NCBI GenBank assembly: GCA_035654855.1
Contig: DASRVY010000028.1
Span: 1 to 38,777, forward strand
Direction: 5' to 3'
Source: Bacillota bacterium
GTDB taxonomy: Bacteria; Bacillota; Clostridia; Saccharofermentanales; DTU023
DNA: 38,777 bases
The position numbers and the translations under genes were made by a program. The notes beneath the pieces are model-generated. The model was not told the origin of the DNA, made no database searches, and was given only the letters and a program-made list of their open reading frames with translations. Of the stretch, positions 20,831 through 27,976 are shown piece after piece. Numbering within the stretch: position 1 is the stretch's first letter; every line of letters begins with the position of its first letter.

Positions 20831-20931
20831 CCGGTTTACATCGCCGGATGAGAATTGGTTATTTTGGCTTCCTGCGCTAATTTTTGCATTGACGGGTGAA
20901 AAGAATACGGATATTGAGAAGGGGGTTGCTG

Positions 20932-21405
20932 ATGAAAACTATAGATGATGTTCCATTGATAATCAGAAGAGAGATTGAGGCACTGGTTTTAGCGCCGATA
21001 ATCCATGCGTTTGAAAAGGAAGTTGGCAAAGAAAGAGCCCATGAGATTGTACAGGAGATAATCAGTGATCTGGCCCATCAGGCAGGTGAGAGCTGGGCCA
21101 AGCGCGTTGAAAGAAATGAAATGCCTGATTTTGTCGAGCACTTGCTGCCTATTTTTTCCAAGGATGCCTTAGATTTTGAGGTCAAGGAAGTCAGCGTCGA
21201 CGATACCCGCTGGGATGTAACACGCTGTAAATACGCAGAAATGTATAAAAAATACGGTTTGGAGGATTTGGGGTATATTCTTTCCTGCAGCCGCGATGGC
21301 AGTCTGTTCGAGGGATTTAATCAGGATCTTCGCTTTACTCGTGATCACACTATTATGGAAGGCGACGATTACTGCGATTTTTGCATAGAAAAAAAGAAGG
21401 ACTGA
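20932..21405 (+). CDS. L-2-amino-thiazoline-4-carboxylic acid (ATC) hydrolase-like family protein
   Basis: The C-terminal pattern WDVTRCKYAEMYKKYGLEDLGYILSCSRDGSLFEGFN...TRDHTIMEGDDYCDF resembles the ATC_hydrolase family; this is recognised from memory, not searched. The ATG at 20932 is 6 nt after AAGGGGG; the track GTG at 20896 is less likely. Confidence 0.55.
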   Translation: MKTIDDVPLIIRREIEALVLAPIIHAFEKEVGKERAHEIVQEIISDLAHQAGESWAKRVERNEMPDFVEHLLPIFSKDALDFEVKEVSVDDTRWDVTRCKYAEMYKKYGLEDLGYILSCSRDGSLFEGFNQDLRFTRDHTIMEGDDYCDFCIEKKKD

Positions 21406-21470
21406 TTTTCATTTGTCCTTCTCAAGTGACTGCTTAATATTTTGCAGAAAGCTGAAAGATTCGCAAAGTC

Positions 21471-21505
21471 AGGCCCATATTAGAGATAGTCTCCGATATG
21501 GGCCT
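21471..21505. terminator. bidirectional hairpin between convergent genes
   Basis: AGGCCCATAT-(15 nt)-ATATGGGCCT is a perfect 10-bp stem. T-rich sequence follows on both strands. It lies in the 216-nt gap between the plus-strand and minus-strand gene blocks. Confidence 0.6.
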
Positions 21506-21621
21506 AATCTTTGCATTCTCCCCAATATCAACTTGCCCTCTTTCTTCTCATGCTTTCAAATACTTTATCTGGTTTATCTGAGAATTCTTTTACGAACTCC
21601 CCATTTTTGTCTAATGTGAAT

Positions 21622-22977
21622 TTAGTAATCTGAGGTCAGTGTCAGTTTGGCGATATAGCCGGTTTCCACTTGGATAGCCAAAGTGAAAGTGACATCTTCA
21701 AGCTGTTTTTGCAGCAGATAGTCATTTTCCCGTGCGAAGGGATATCGAAGATACAATTCGTTAATGTGCATTCCGGGGCTTAAGCCCGATCCCATTTCGA
21801 AATTACTGTATGAAATCTCCGCCCTGGTAAGTACGCCGCTCCATTTTTGATGTTCATCTGTGCATTCTCCGAGCACAGTGAGGATAATACCGGGATACTC
21901 AACCGTAAAAATATTTTGTCCTTCCGCAGTGAGAAAACAGCTGTCATCGTTATGCGAGAGCGGCGTGCCAAGAATTATGTCGAAGATTTCAGAAGAGACT
22001 GTCAAAGCTTTAGCGCCTTCATCGAAGGCTATTATTGTCTCCTTGTTAGCTTTGACCTCTAGATCCTCAATGTCTAAAGTCTCGGTTACAGGGTCGTTAG
22101 CCTGCAAATAAGTACTTCTTTCCTGAAAACGAATGACCCGGCGAATTTTCTGACCAAAATTAGAGGTCAAGGAGGCAAATTGCTCAACTTCAGCATAGCC
22201 GGGATATATGCTTTGGAGTGCAAGATTATCCTTTTCAGCCTCGATGATGTCTTGATAATAATCCAGAGTCGCCCGGCAGCGTGCGGTTAATACTTTCTCT
22301 TCAATCTCACTCGCAGGGTTTGTGCCTTTCGAGAGCAGAGAATACAAAGCGTCAAAACTGTTATTATCGATTGCTTCAAAGTACAACATCATATTGTTGT
22401 CTACTGAAATAATACCCTGGGCCCAGTCCCGGTCTAAATAGGCTGTGCCATCTTCGTCTTTTTGAATTGCGACAATAAAACCGTCAGCGTTTTTGTTATT
22501 TTCATAAAATAGGGCATAGAAATCAGACTGCTGCGCCAACTCATAAATAGCAGTATTACCATTTTCTAATGTGGCAAGTATCGCCTCTTTCTTCTCGCTG
22601 TTTAAGGTTGTTATTTCGGTAATCTGACCTGGAATCCCTCTTTTAACAGCTTGAATATATTGATAAAAGGCGGTTTCGTCCAGACCATCTGTCTGCATCC
22701 GGGGAATTGAATAATAGACTGACTCCGCGCTCCTGTCGGAGCTTACAGCCAGTGCGAGAGAATGCGCCAGTTCCAGAGAACTCATCAATCTTTCTGACAC
22801 CAGACTTAAAGTGAGGCCATCAGGGCTGCTGGCTTCCTGAGGAATTAATTTGGCCAGCACATTATCACAGCCCACAACAGAGAGAATGATAATGGCAATA
22901 ATAATTACCAGGACTGACGTCCACCATTTCCGTTTTCTCTCTAGCGGTATATTCTCACTTTTCGTTTTGTCTTCCAT
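21622..22977 (-). CDS. hypothetical membrane-anchored / putative lipoprotein (451 aa), no recognisable domain
   Basis: The N-terminus MEDKTKSENIPLERKRKWWTSVLVIIIAIIILSVVGC has a basic n-region, a hydrophobic core and a lipobox-like VVGC (Cys37). The rest is predicted to be extracytoplasmic with no motif I recognise. It starts 38 nt downstream of sigH on the same strand. Confidence 0.6.
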   Translation of the reverse strand: MEDKTKSENIPLERKRKWWTSVLVIIIAIIILSVVGCDNVLAKLIPQEASSPDGLTLSLVSERLMSSLELAHSLALAVSSDRSAESVYYSIPRMQTDGLDETAFYQYIQAVKRGIPGQITEITTLNSEKKEAILATLENGNTAIYELAQQSDFYALFYENNKNADGFIVAIQKDEDGTAYLDRDWAQGIISVDNNMMLYFEAIDNNSFDALYSLLSKGTNPASEIEEKVLTARCRATLDYYQDIIEAEKDNLALQSIYPGYAEVEQFASLTSNFGQKIRRVIRFQERSTYLQANDPVTETLDIEDLEVKANKETIIAFDEGAKALTVSSEIFDIILGTPLSHNDDSCFLTAEGQNIFTVEYPGIILTVLGECTDEHQKWSGVLTRAEISYSNFEMGSGLSPGMHINELYLRYPFARENDYLLQKQLEDVTFTLAIQVETGYIAKLTLTSDY

Positions 22978-23015
22978 AAATCCAAGACCTTACAGATCGC
23001 TCTTGTTTATTTCAT

Positions 23016-23642
23016 CTATTTTTGGTCAGCCCGGAAATGTTTCATTTTACGCCTGATTCTTTGTACGGCGTTATCAATGCTTTTTTCGTTTTTATTCAGT
23101 ATATCTCCAGCTTCCCGGTAGCTCATCCCTTGCTGTAAAAGCGAGACAACTTCTGATTCCAGATTACTGAGTTTATTCTGCATGAAAGCATGCAGAGCTT
23201 CAAGTTCTTCTTTAGCAATAGCTTTATCCTCAGGATTTATTTCCACCAAAAGATTGAGTTTTTCGCTGTAAAAATCTGCATTGGCAGGGTTTTCCGCTTT
23301 AGCTTCCAGAGAAATAGATTCATTTAGGAGTTTATATTTTTGTCTTGTTCCTGAGCGGACAGCATCAATAAGCCTGGCTTGGACCAGCTGCTCTGCCAGA
23401 GAGGCAAAGGGCAGCGCAGAAGTGATGTCGTAAATCTCTAATGCCTGGAATAATCCAATCATGCCCTCCTGAATTAAATCTTCCTGCTCACCGCCTTGGA
23501 GAAAATATTTTTTTGCGCGATTTATCACCAACGGTTTATACGCGGCAAAGAGTTCTTCAGCAGCCTCATGATCTCCTGAGCGGTATTTAGTCACCAATTC
23601 AAGATCACGTTGGGCAGAAGGATAAAGCTGTGAAGTCGCCAT
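23016..23642 (-). CDS. sigH: RNA polymerase sigma factor SigH (sigma-70 family)
   Basis: Region 2 (EDLIQEGMIGLFQALEIYD), the SigH-type segment ARLIDAVRSGTRQKYKLLNESISL, and a region 4 HTH (MSYREAGDILNKNEKSIDNAVQRIRRK). It occupies the conserved position after cysS-mrnC-rlmB. Confidence 0.85.
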   Translation of the reverse strand: MATSQLYPSAQRDLELVTKYRSGDHEAAEELFAAYKPLVINRAKKYFLQGGEQEDLIQEGMIGLFQALEIYDITSALPFASLAEQLVQARLIDAVRSGTRQKYKLLNESISLEAKAENPANADFYSEKLNLLVEINPEDKAIAKEELEALHAFMQNKLSNLESEVVSLLQQGMSYREAGDILNKNEKSIDNAVQRIRRKMKHFRADQK

Positions 23643-23647
23643 CAGTA

Positions 23648-24766
23648 TCAGTCCTCTTTAGATCCGGCGAGTAAATCTTCCCCAGGCTTGATTGTCTCTG
23701 AAAGATTGAGGGGCGAAGGCGCAGCGCCTTCATCAGCGTGTCTGACTTGCCTTCTGGCTTCAAACACCAGGATGCCGCAGGCAACGGCGGCATTAAGTGA
23801 GTTTACCTCTCCATACTGGGGAATTCTTATCAAATGGTCGCAGGCCTCGGATATTTTCATGCCCATGCCTTTGCCTTCGCTGCCAATCACCAAAGCTATT
23901 TTTCTCAGCCAGTCGCTGTCTTCAGGAGTGGCGGTTCCCTGAGCATCTGAGCCGTAAATCCAGTAACCGGCGTCTTTCAGTTCTTGAATCGCGTTGCTGA
24001 GATTGGTGACGCGAGCGACAGGGACGTATTCTATTGCTCCGGCGGAAGCTTTAGCGACTGCGGCATCAAGAGCGACCGAGCGTCGTTCCGGGATGATGAT
24101 TCCGGTGGCGCCCGCCGCGTCAGCTATGCGTAAAATAGAGCCTAGATTATAGCTTTCTTCGAGACCGTCAAGCAGGATCAGCAGGGGATAGATGTTTTCT
24201 GCCATCTGCGCTTCTCCGCGGACAATCAGCTCAGCCAAGGTGACATATTCATGAGCTGCGACTTGAGCGATAATGCCTTGATGGCCGTATGAAGTCGCCA
24301 TGCTGTCAAGCACATCGCTATCTACTTCAACAATTACCGCGCCGGCCTTTCTGGTATCTTGAACCAGGCGGGTGAGATCTTGATCATAACGTCCTGTACC
24401 TCTGCGTTTGATCCAGACCTTATTGATATTGCGGCCTGCGCGCAGAGCCTCTTTGATTGGATTTCTTCCTTCCAGGCGGTCAGCAGGTCCAGCCTCACGG
24501 GTCTCAATATTTTGTTGTTTGTCCTGTGCTCTGCCTGGGGGCTTGCCTTGAGATCTGTAGGGTCTGCCTTGGGAGCCGCCTTGGAACTTTCCTTGCGGCT
24601 TGCGGGACCGACCGCCCTTTGCTCTGCCTAAAACCCCGTCTTGGGGACCGCCCTCAAATTTGCTTTGCCGCTTTTGCTGTCCGGATCTGCCTGATTGTGA
24701 GGAAGACCGCCGCTTATTGCTTTGATTGTTTCGATTATTATCACTATGTCTATTGTTTTGATTCAT
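23648..24766 (-). CDS. rlmB: 23S rRNA (guanosine-2'-O)-methyltransferase RlmB (SpoU/TrmH family) with a basic low-complexity N-terminal extension
   Basis: The core runs from about residue 97: LEGRNPIKEALRAGR, LDGLEESYNLGSILRIADAAG, LVIGSEGKGM and NSLNAAVACGILVFE. Its last codons contain the SD for sigH, with a 5-nt gap between the genes. Confidence 0.85.
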   Translation of the reverse strand: MNQNNRHSDNNRNNQSNKRRSSSQSGRSGQQKRQSKFEGGPQDGVLGRAKGGRSRKPQGKFQGGSQGRPYRSQGKPPGRAQDKQQNIETREAGPADRLEGRNPIKEALRAGRNINKVWIKRRGTGRYDQDLTRLVQDTRKAGAVIVEVDSDVLDSMATSYGHQGIIAQVAAHEYVTLAELIVRGEAQMAENIYPLLILLDGLEESYNLGSILRIADAAGATGIIIPERRSVALDAAVAKASAGAIEYVPVARVTNLSNAIQELKDAGYWIYGSDAQGTATPEDSDWLRKIALVIGSEGKGMGMKISEACDHLIRIPQYGEVNSLNAAVACGILVFEARRQVRHADEGAAPSPLNLSETIKPGEDLLAGSKED

Positions 24767-24899
24767 CAGCTATTTCCTTGTGTCCATATTTAGTATCGAG
24801 CATATCTCGCGCGCAATTGCCGCTGTCCGTCAGTTTATTATTCAACTTAGAGCTAACGCGCGCCCACCGCCATCAAGAATCTTGTACAAAGTAAATTAT

Positions 24900-25355
24900 C
24901 TAGGTATCAGAAAATTGTCTGTGATCGTCAATTATGCGCCGGATCAATTCCGTCAGGCGATCATGCCTGTGGGACAGATAAAGATAACCCACTAATGCTT
25001 CCAGGCCGGTGGCCTGACGGTATAGGGCCGGGTCGACATTATTAGGCATGCTGCCAGGGTCATGATTTCTGGCACGCCGGGCTACAGCCAATTCTTCCTC
25101 GTCAAGCAGAGGCAGTATTTTCTTCATTGCCTCTGCCTGGGCCGGAGCGGAGACAATATTGATGGCAGCTCTATGCAGCTCTCCTGAATGGTGATTTTCG
25201 AGTTTTTCAACCAGCGCCATGCGAATATAGAGATCATAAACACTGTCCCCTACCCAGGCCAGTGTTGAACAGGGAATTTCTCGCAGATCACGCTTTATGG
25301 GCAGATGCTTGAGGTTGAAATCTTCAAGCCGGTTTCTGCTGTCATTATTTTTCAT
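24900..25355 (-). CDS. mrnC: Mini-ribonuclease 3
   Basis: The 151-aa protein has an RNase III-like signature LAWVGDSVYDLYIR and later YRQATGLEALVGYLYL. It occupies the conserved position directly after cysS (9-nt gap). Confidence 0.85.
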   Translation of the reverse strand: MKNNDSRNRLEDFNLKHLPIKRDLREIPCSTLAWVGDSVYDLYIRMALVEKLENHHSGELHRAAINIVSAPAQAEAMKKILPLLDEEELAVARRARNHDPGSMPNNVDPALYRQATGLEALVGYLYLSHRHDRLTELIRRIIDDHRQFSDT

Positions 25356-25364
25356 GATGTTTGC

Positions 25365-26783
25365 CTAAACGGGCGTTACTTTAGTTCCTTGCGGTGTATC
25401 CTCAATCTTATACCCTGCCGCAGTTATCTCATCCCGCAAAGAGTCAGCCAGGCTGAAGTCGCGGGCTTTTTTAGCTTCCCGGCGCCGTTCAACTTTATCC
25501 ATGATGTCGGCAGGAATAACAGTTTCTGTTTCGGTTGGATCAAGGCCCAAAACGTCGAGCAGCTCGATTAGCTTGTCATGAGCTGCCAGAAGCGATCCTT
25601 TGGGGATTCCCTGAACGCCGGCTGCAGTATTCGCAGCCCGTACCAAATCAAAGACAGCGGCAATGGCGTCTGCGGTATTGAGGTCATCGGAAAGTCCCCG
25701 ATCCCATTCCTCTTCTGCTTTAATAATCGTCTCTTCCAACTGCGCTGCAGCCTGCTTCGCTTCTTGATTGACTGCTTCTTCGGGAGCGGTCTTGGCTACA
25801 AAATGAAGATTATTAACGCATGTTGTCATGCGGTTCCAGCTTACGACAGCCGCGTCCAGCAGATCTTTGTCGAAATTGATTGGCATGCGATAGTGAGCTT
25901 GCAGCATGAAGAAGCGAATAACCTGATAAGGATAACTCTTGGCAAGTTCGCGGACCAAAAAAAAGTTACCCTTGGACTTGGACATTTTTTCCTTATTAAT
26001 GTTTATAAATCCGTTATGCATCCAGTAACGCGCGAACTGTTTTCCGGTTGCATTTTCACTTTGGGCAATCTCGTTTTCATGATGAGGAAAGACCAGATCA
26101 ATGCCTCCTGCGTGAAGGTCAATCGTATCGCCCAGACAAGAGCGACTCATGGCGGAACATTCGATATGCCAGCCGGGACGCCCTTCTCCCCAGGGGGAGG
26201 GCCAGAAAGGCTCTCCTTCTTTTTTGAATTTCCAGAGAGAAAAATCAAGCGGACTCTTTTTATCTTCTTTGCTGGCGACGCGTTCGGAAGCACCGGCTTC
26301 CAGGTCTTCAATTCGTTTTCCGGACAATTTGCCATACTCCGGGTCTTTAGCAATCTCAAAATATACGCCGTCTGAGGTGACATAGGCAAAGCCGTTTTCC
26401 TCTAATTTGCGGATCAAATCAATGATCTGATCAATATTTTCTGTAGCACGAGGATGACAGTCAGCGCGCTTGATATTTAGAGCATCCGCATCGCGAAAAT
26501 ACTCTTCAATCATACGATCAGCCAGCTCCTTGACCGTAGTACCCTCTTCATTGGCGCGGTTGATCATTTTATCGTCGATATCGGTGAAATTTTGCACATA
26601 GGTGACTTGATAGCCCTTATGTTCCAGATAACGTCTCAGAGTATCATATGTGACAAAGGGACGAGCATTGCCGAGATGAAAAAAGTCATAGACGGTGGGG
26701 CCGCAAACATACATTTTTATGTGGTTCGGCTCTAACGGGACAAGCTCTTCTTTCCTGCGGGTCAAGGTATTATAGATCTTCAT
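25365..26783 (-). CDS. cysS: cysteine--tRNA ligase
   Basis: MKIYNTLTRRKEELVP, YVCGPTVYDFFHLGNARP (HIGH region), WHIECSAM and KMSKSKGNF (KMSKS). 472 aa. SD AAGGAGA precedes the ATG. Confidence 0.95.
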   Translation of the reverse strand: MKIYNTLTRRKEELVPLEPNHIKMYVCGPTVYDFFHLGNARPFVTYDTLRRYLEHKGYQVTYVQNFTDIDDKMINRANEEGTTVKELADRMIEEYFRDADALNIKRADCHPRATENIDQIIDLIRKLEENGFAYVTSDGVYFEIAKDPEYGKLSGKRIEDLEAGASERVASKEDKKSPLDFSLWKFKKEGEPFWPSPWGEGRPGWHIECSAMSRSCLGDTIDLHAGGIDLVFPHHENEIAQSENATGKQFARYWMHNGFININKEKMSKSKGNFFLVRELAKSYPYQVIRFFMLQAHYRMPINFDKDLLDAAVVSWNRMTTCVNNLHFVAKTAPEEAVNQEAKQAAAQLEETIIKAEEEWDRGLSDDLNTADAIAAVFDLVRAANTAAGVQGIPKGSLLAAHDKLIELLDVLGLDPTETETVIPADIMDKVERRREAKKARDFSLADSLRDEITAAGYKIEDTPQGTKVTPV

Positions 26784-26807
26784 AGAATTCTCCTTAATTT
26801 AAACAGA

Positions 26808-26972
26808 CCCGGAATGTCGATCTCCTCGATTGACGCCCAGCATTTTGCCAGGTGGGTGCCCTGCGGCGGTCTTAGGCCGTCCGTCCGAAACGGCTTGGCC
26901 ACATCCCACACTAACCCGAGCTCCCTGTTATGTCATGGTGGCTCAATTACGAGAAGTGTCAAACATCCCAGG
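26808..26972 (-). promoter_or_regulatory. unclassified GC-rich structured RNA element in the cysS leader
   Basis: Minus-strand long-range helix: CCUGGGAUGU (26972-26963) pairs with ACAUUCCGGG (26817-26808). UUCUCG (26955-26950) pairs with CGAGGA (26828-26823). AUUGA (26947-26943) pairs with UCAAU (26833-26829). There is an internal hairpin GGCC-aag-CCGU-uucgg-ACGG-ac-GGCC (26900-26875). The three G-U pairs are valid only on the minus strand. I could not find a T-box sequence (GGGUGGUACCGCG). Confidence 0.45.
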
Positions 26973-26974
26973 CA

Positions 26975-26988
26975 ATTATATTTTAGCA
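26975..26988 (-). promoter_or_regulatory. -10 region candidates (TATAAT / extended TGcTAAAAT) immediately upstream of the structured leader
   Basis: The minus strand reads TGCTAAAATATAAT followed by TG and then the first base of the closing helix. A start site would therefore fall at the helix base. No convincing -35 is present. Confidence 0.3.
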
Positions 26989-27064
26989 TAAATGAAACTT
27001 GCCCGCATTGACAGGAGGCAGGTGAAACAGCAGGTATTTTTCGTACATTGGGCAGCAATATCGT

Positions 27065-27976
27065 TTAAGGGACAGTTGAATTAATAACCACGCCGGTATG
27101 ATTTACTTGAAGACGCTTAACTTCCCAGCCAATGGGCAGCCCGCGAGTCAGCAAGTTCCCGATCTGATCAGCATCATCCTTGAGGCCGGCGTACAATCCC
27201 AACAAAGAAGGTCCGGCCCCTGAGAGACTGACAACAGAGCAGCCTCGGCTTAGGGCAATTCTTTCGATTGTCTCATATTCCGGGACCAGCCGGCGGCGAT
27301 AGGGCTCATGCAGATAGTCCGCATTGCCGTTTCTTAGCAATTCGTGGCTTCCGGCAGCCAGCCCCTGCAGCAGAAAACCAAAAGAGGCCACCTGCTTTAC
27401 CGCTTCACTGTGCGGGATGCTTTTAGGCAATACGGCGCGGGCTTCATCTGTGGAAAGTTCAAATTCAGGTATCAGCAAAAAAACATGAATATTCTCATGA
27501 CAGGGCAATTGGACTGCAATTACCCCCTCTTCATCAGTGCCGGATAAGATAAGTCCGCCCAGAATCGCCGGCGCGGCATTGTCGGGATGACCTTCAAGAG
27601 ATGCGGCCATGTTTAAGAGTTCGTTTTTATCGCAGCTGCCCCTATGAATGAGCTGCCCCGCGGCCAGTCCCGCGATTGCGCAAGTGGCAGACGAGCCCAA
27701 TCCACGGGCAATTGGGATATCACAGGTGAAATCTATCTCTATTCTGGGCAAATCGACTGATTTTTGACTGGCGTAACAGCTGTAAGCCTCGGCAATTGCA
27801 TATTGTTCAAAGGGAAGTTCCACAGCCCATTCTTTCAGCTGCTGCGGGGTGAGTTTCTCACCATCCTGCCAAGACACTTCCGCCTTATTGAATAGCTCCA
27901 GGGCCAGACCCAGGCAATCAAAGCCGGGCCCCAGATTGGCGCTGGTAGCGGGGATGTGGATCTCAATCTTATTCAT
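27065..27976 (-). CDS. thrB: homoserine kinase
   Basis: GHMP kinase motifs: PATSANLGPGFD at the N-terminus and IPIARGLGSSATC. 303 aa. It overlaps the end of thrC by 8 nt. Confidence 0.92.
   Translation of the reverse strand: MNKIEIHIPATSANLGPGFDCLGLALELFNKAEVSWQDGEKLTPQQLKEWAVELPFEQYAIAEAYSCYASQKSVDLPRIEIDFTCDIPIARGLGSSATCAIAGLAAGQLIHRGSCDKNELLNMAASLEGHPDNAAPAILGGLILSGTDEEGVIAVQLPCHENIHVFLLIPEFELSTDEARAVLPKSIPHSEAVKQVASFGFLLQGLAAGSHELLRNGNADYLHEPYRRRLVPEYETIERIALSRGCSVVSLSGAGPSLLGLYAGLKDDADQIGNLLTRGLPIGWEVKRLQVNHTGVVINSTVP

Noticed and set aside
21413-21619. A 68-aa plus-strand ORF in the convergent intergenic region.
   Set aside because: It starts at a non-ATG codon and has no SD. It runs through the bidirectional terminator hairpin, and its Leu/Phe/Cys-rich sequence has no motif.
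21518-21622. A 35-codon open frame on the minus strand just after the 451-aa gene (…ITKFTLDKNGEFVKEFSDKPDKVFESMRRKRAS), faintly reminiscent of a redoxin or peroxidase C-terminus.
   Set aside because: It has no start codon and is bounded upstream by TGA stops inside the neighbouring gene. The length is within chance expectation for AT-rich DNA. At most it is an eroded gene remnant and cannot be supported.
24767-24899. The 133-nt mrnC-rlmB spacer with two GCGCGC blocks that could pair.
   Set aside because: The pairing is only 6-7 bp across a loop of about 45 nt, and there is no U-tract or recognisable motif. It may hold an internal promoter, but I cannot support a specific element.
26875-26900. 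A tRNA-like or SRP-like appearance of the cysS leader core (GGCCAAGCC… and …GCAGGGCACCCACC).
   Set aside because: There is no T-loop (GGTTCGAATCC-like) or acceptor-stem closure for a tRNA. There is no GGAAGGAAGCAGC domain IV motif for SRP RNA. I kept it only as an unclassified structured leader.
26814-27011. A 65-aa plus-strand ORF inside the thrB-cysS spacer.
   Set aside because: It has no SD and a Pro/Gly/Ser/Arg-rich translation typical of reading through GC-rich structured RNA. It overlaps the element whose G-U pairs indicate function on the opposite strand.
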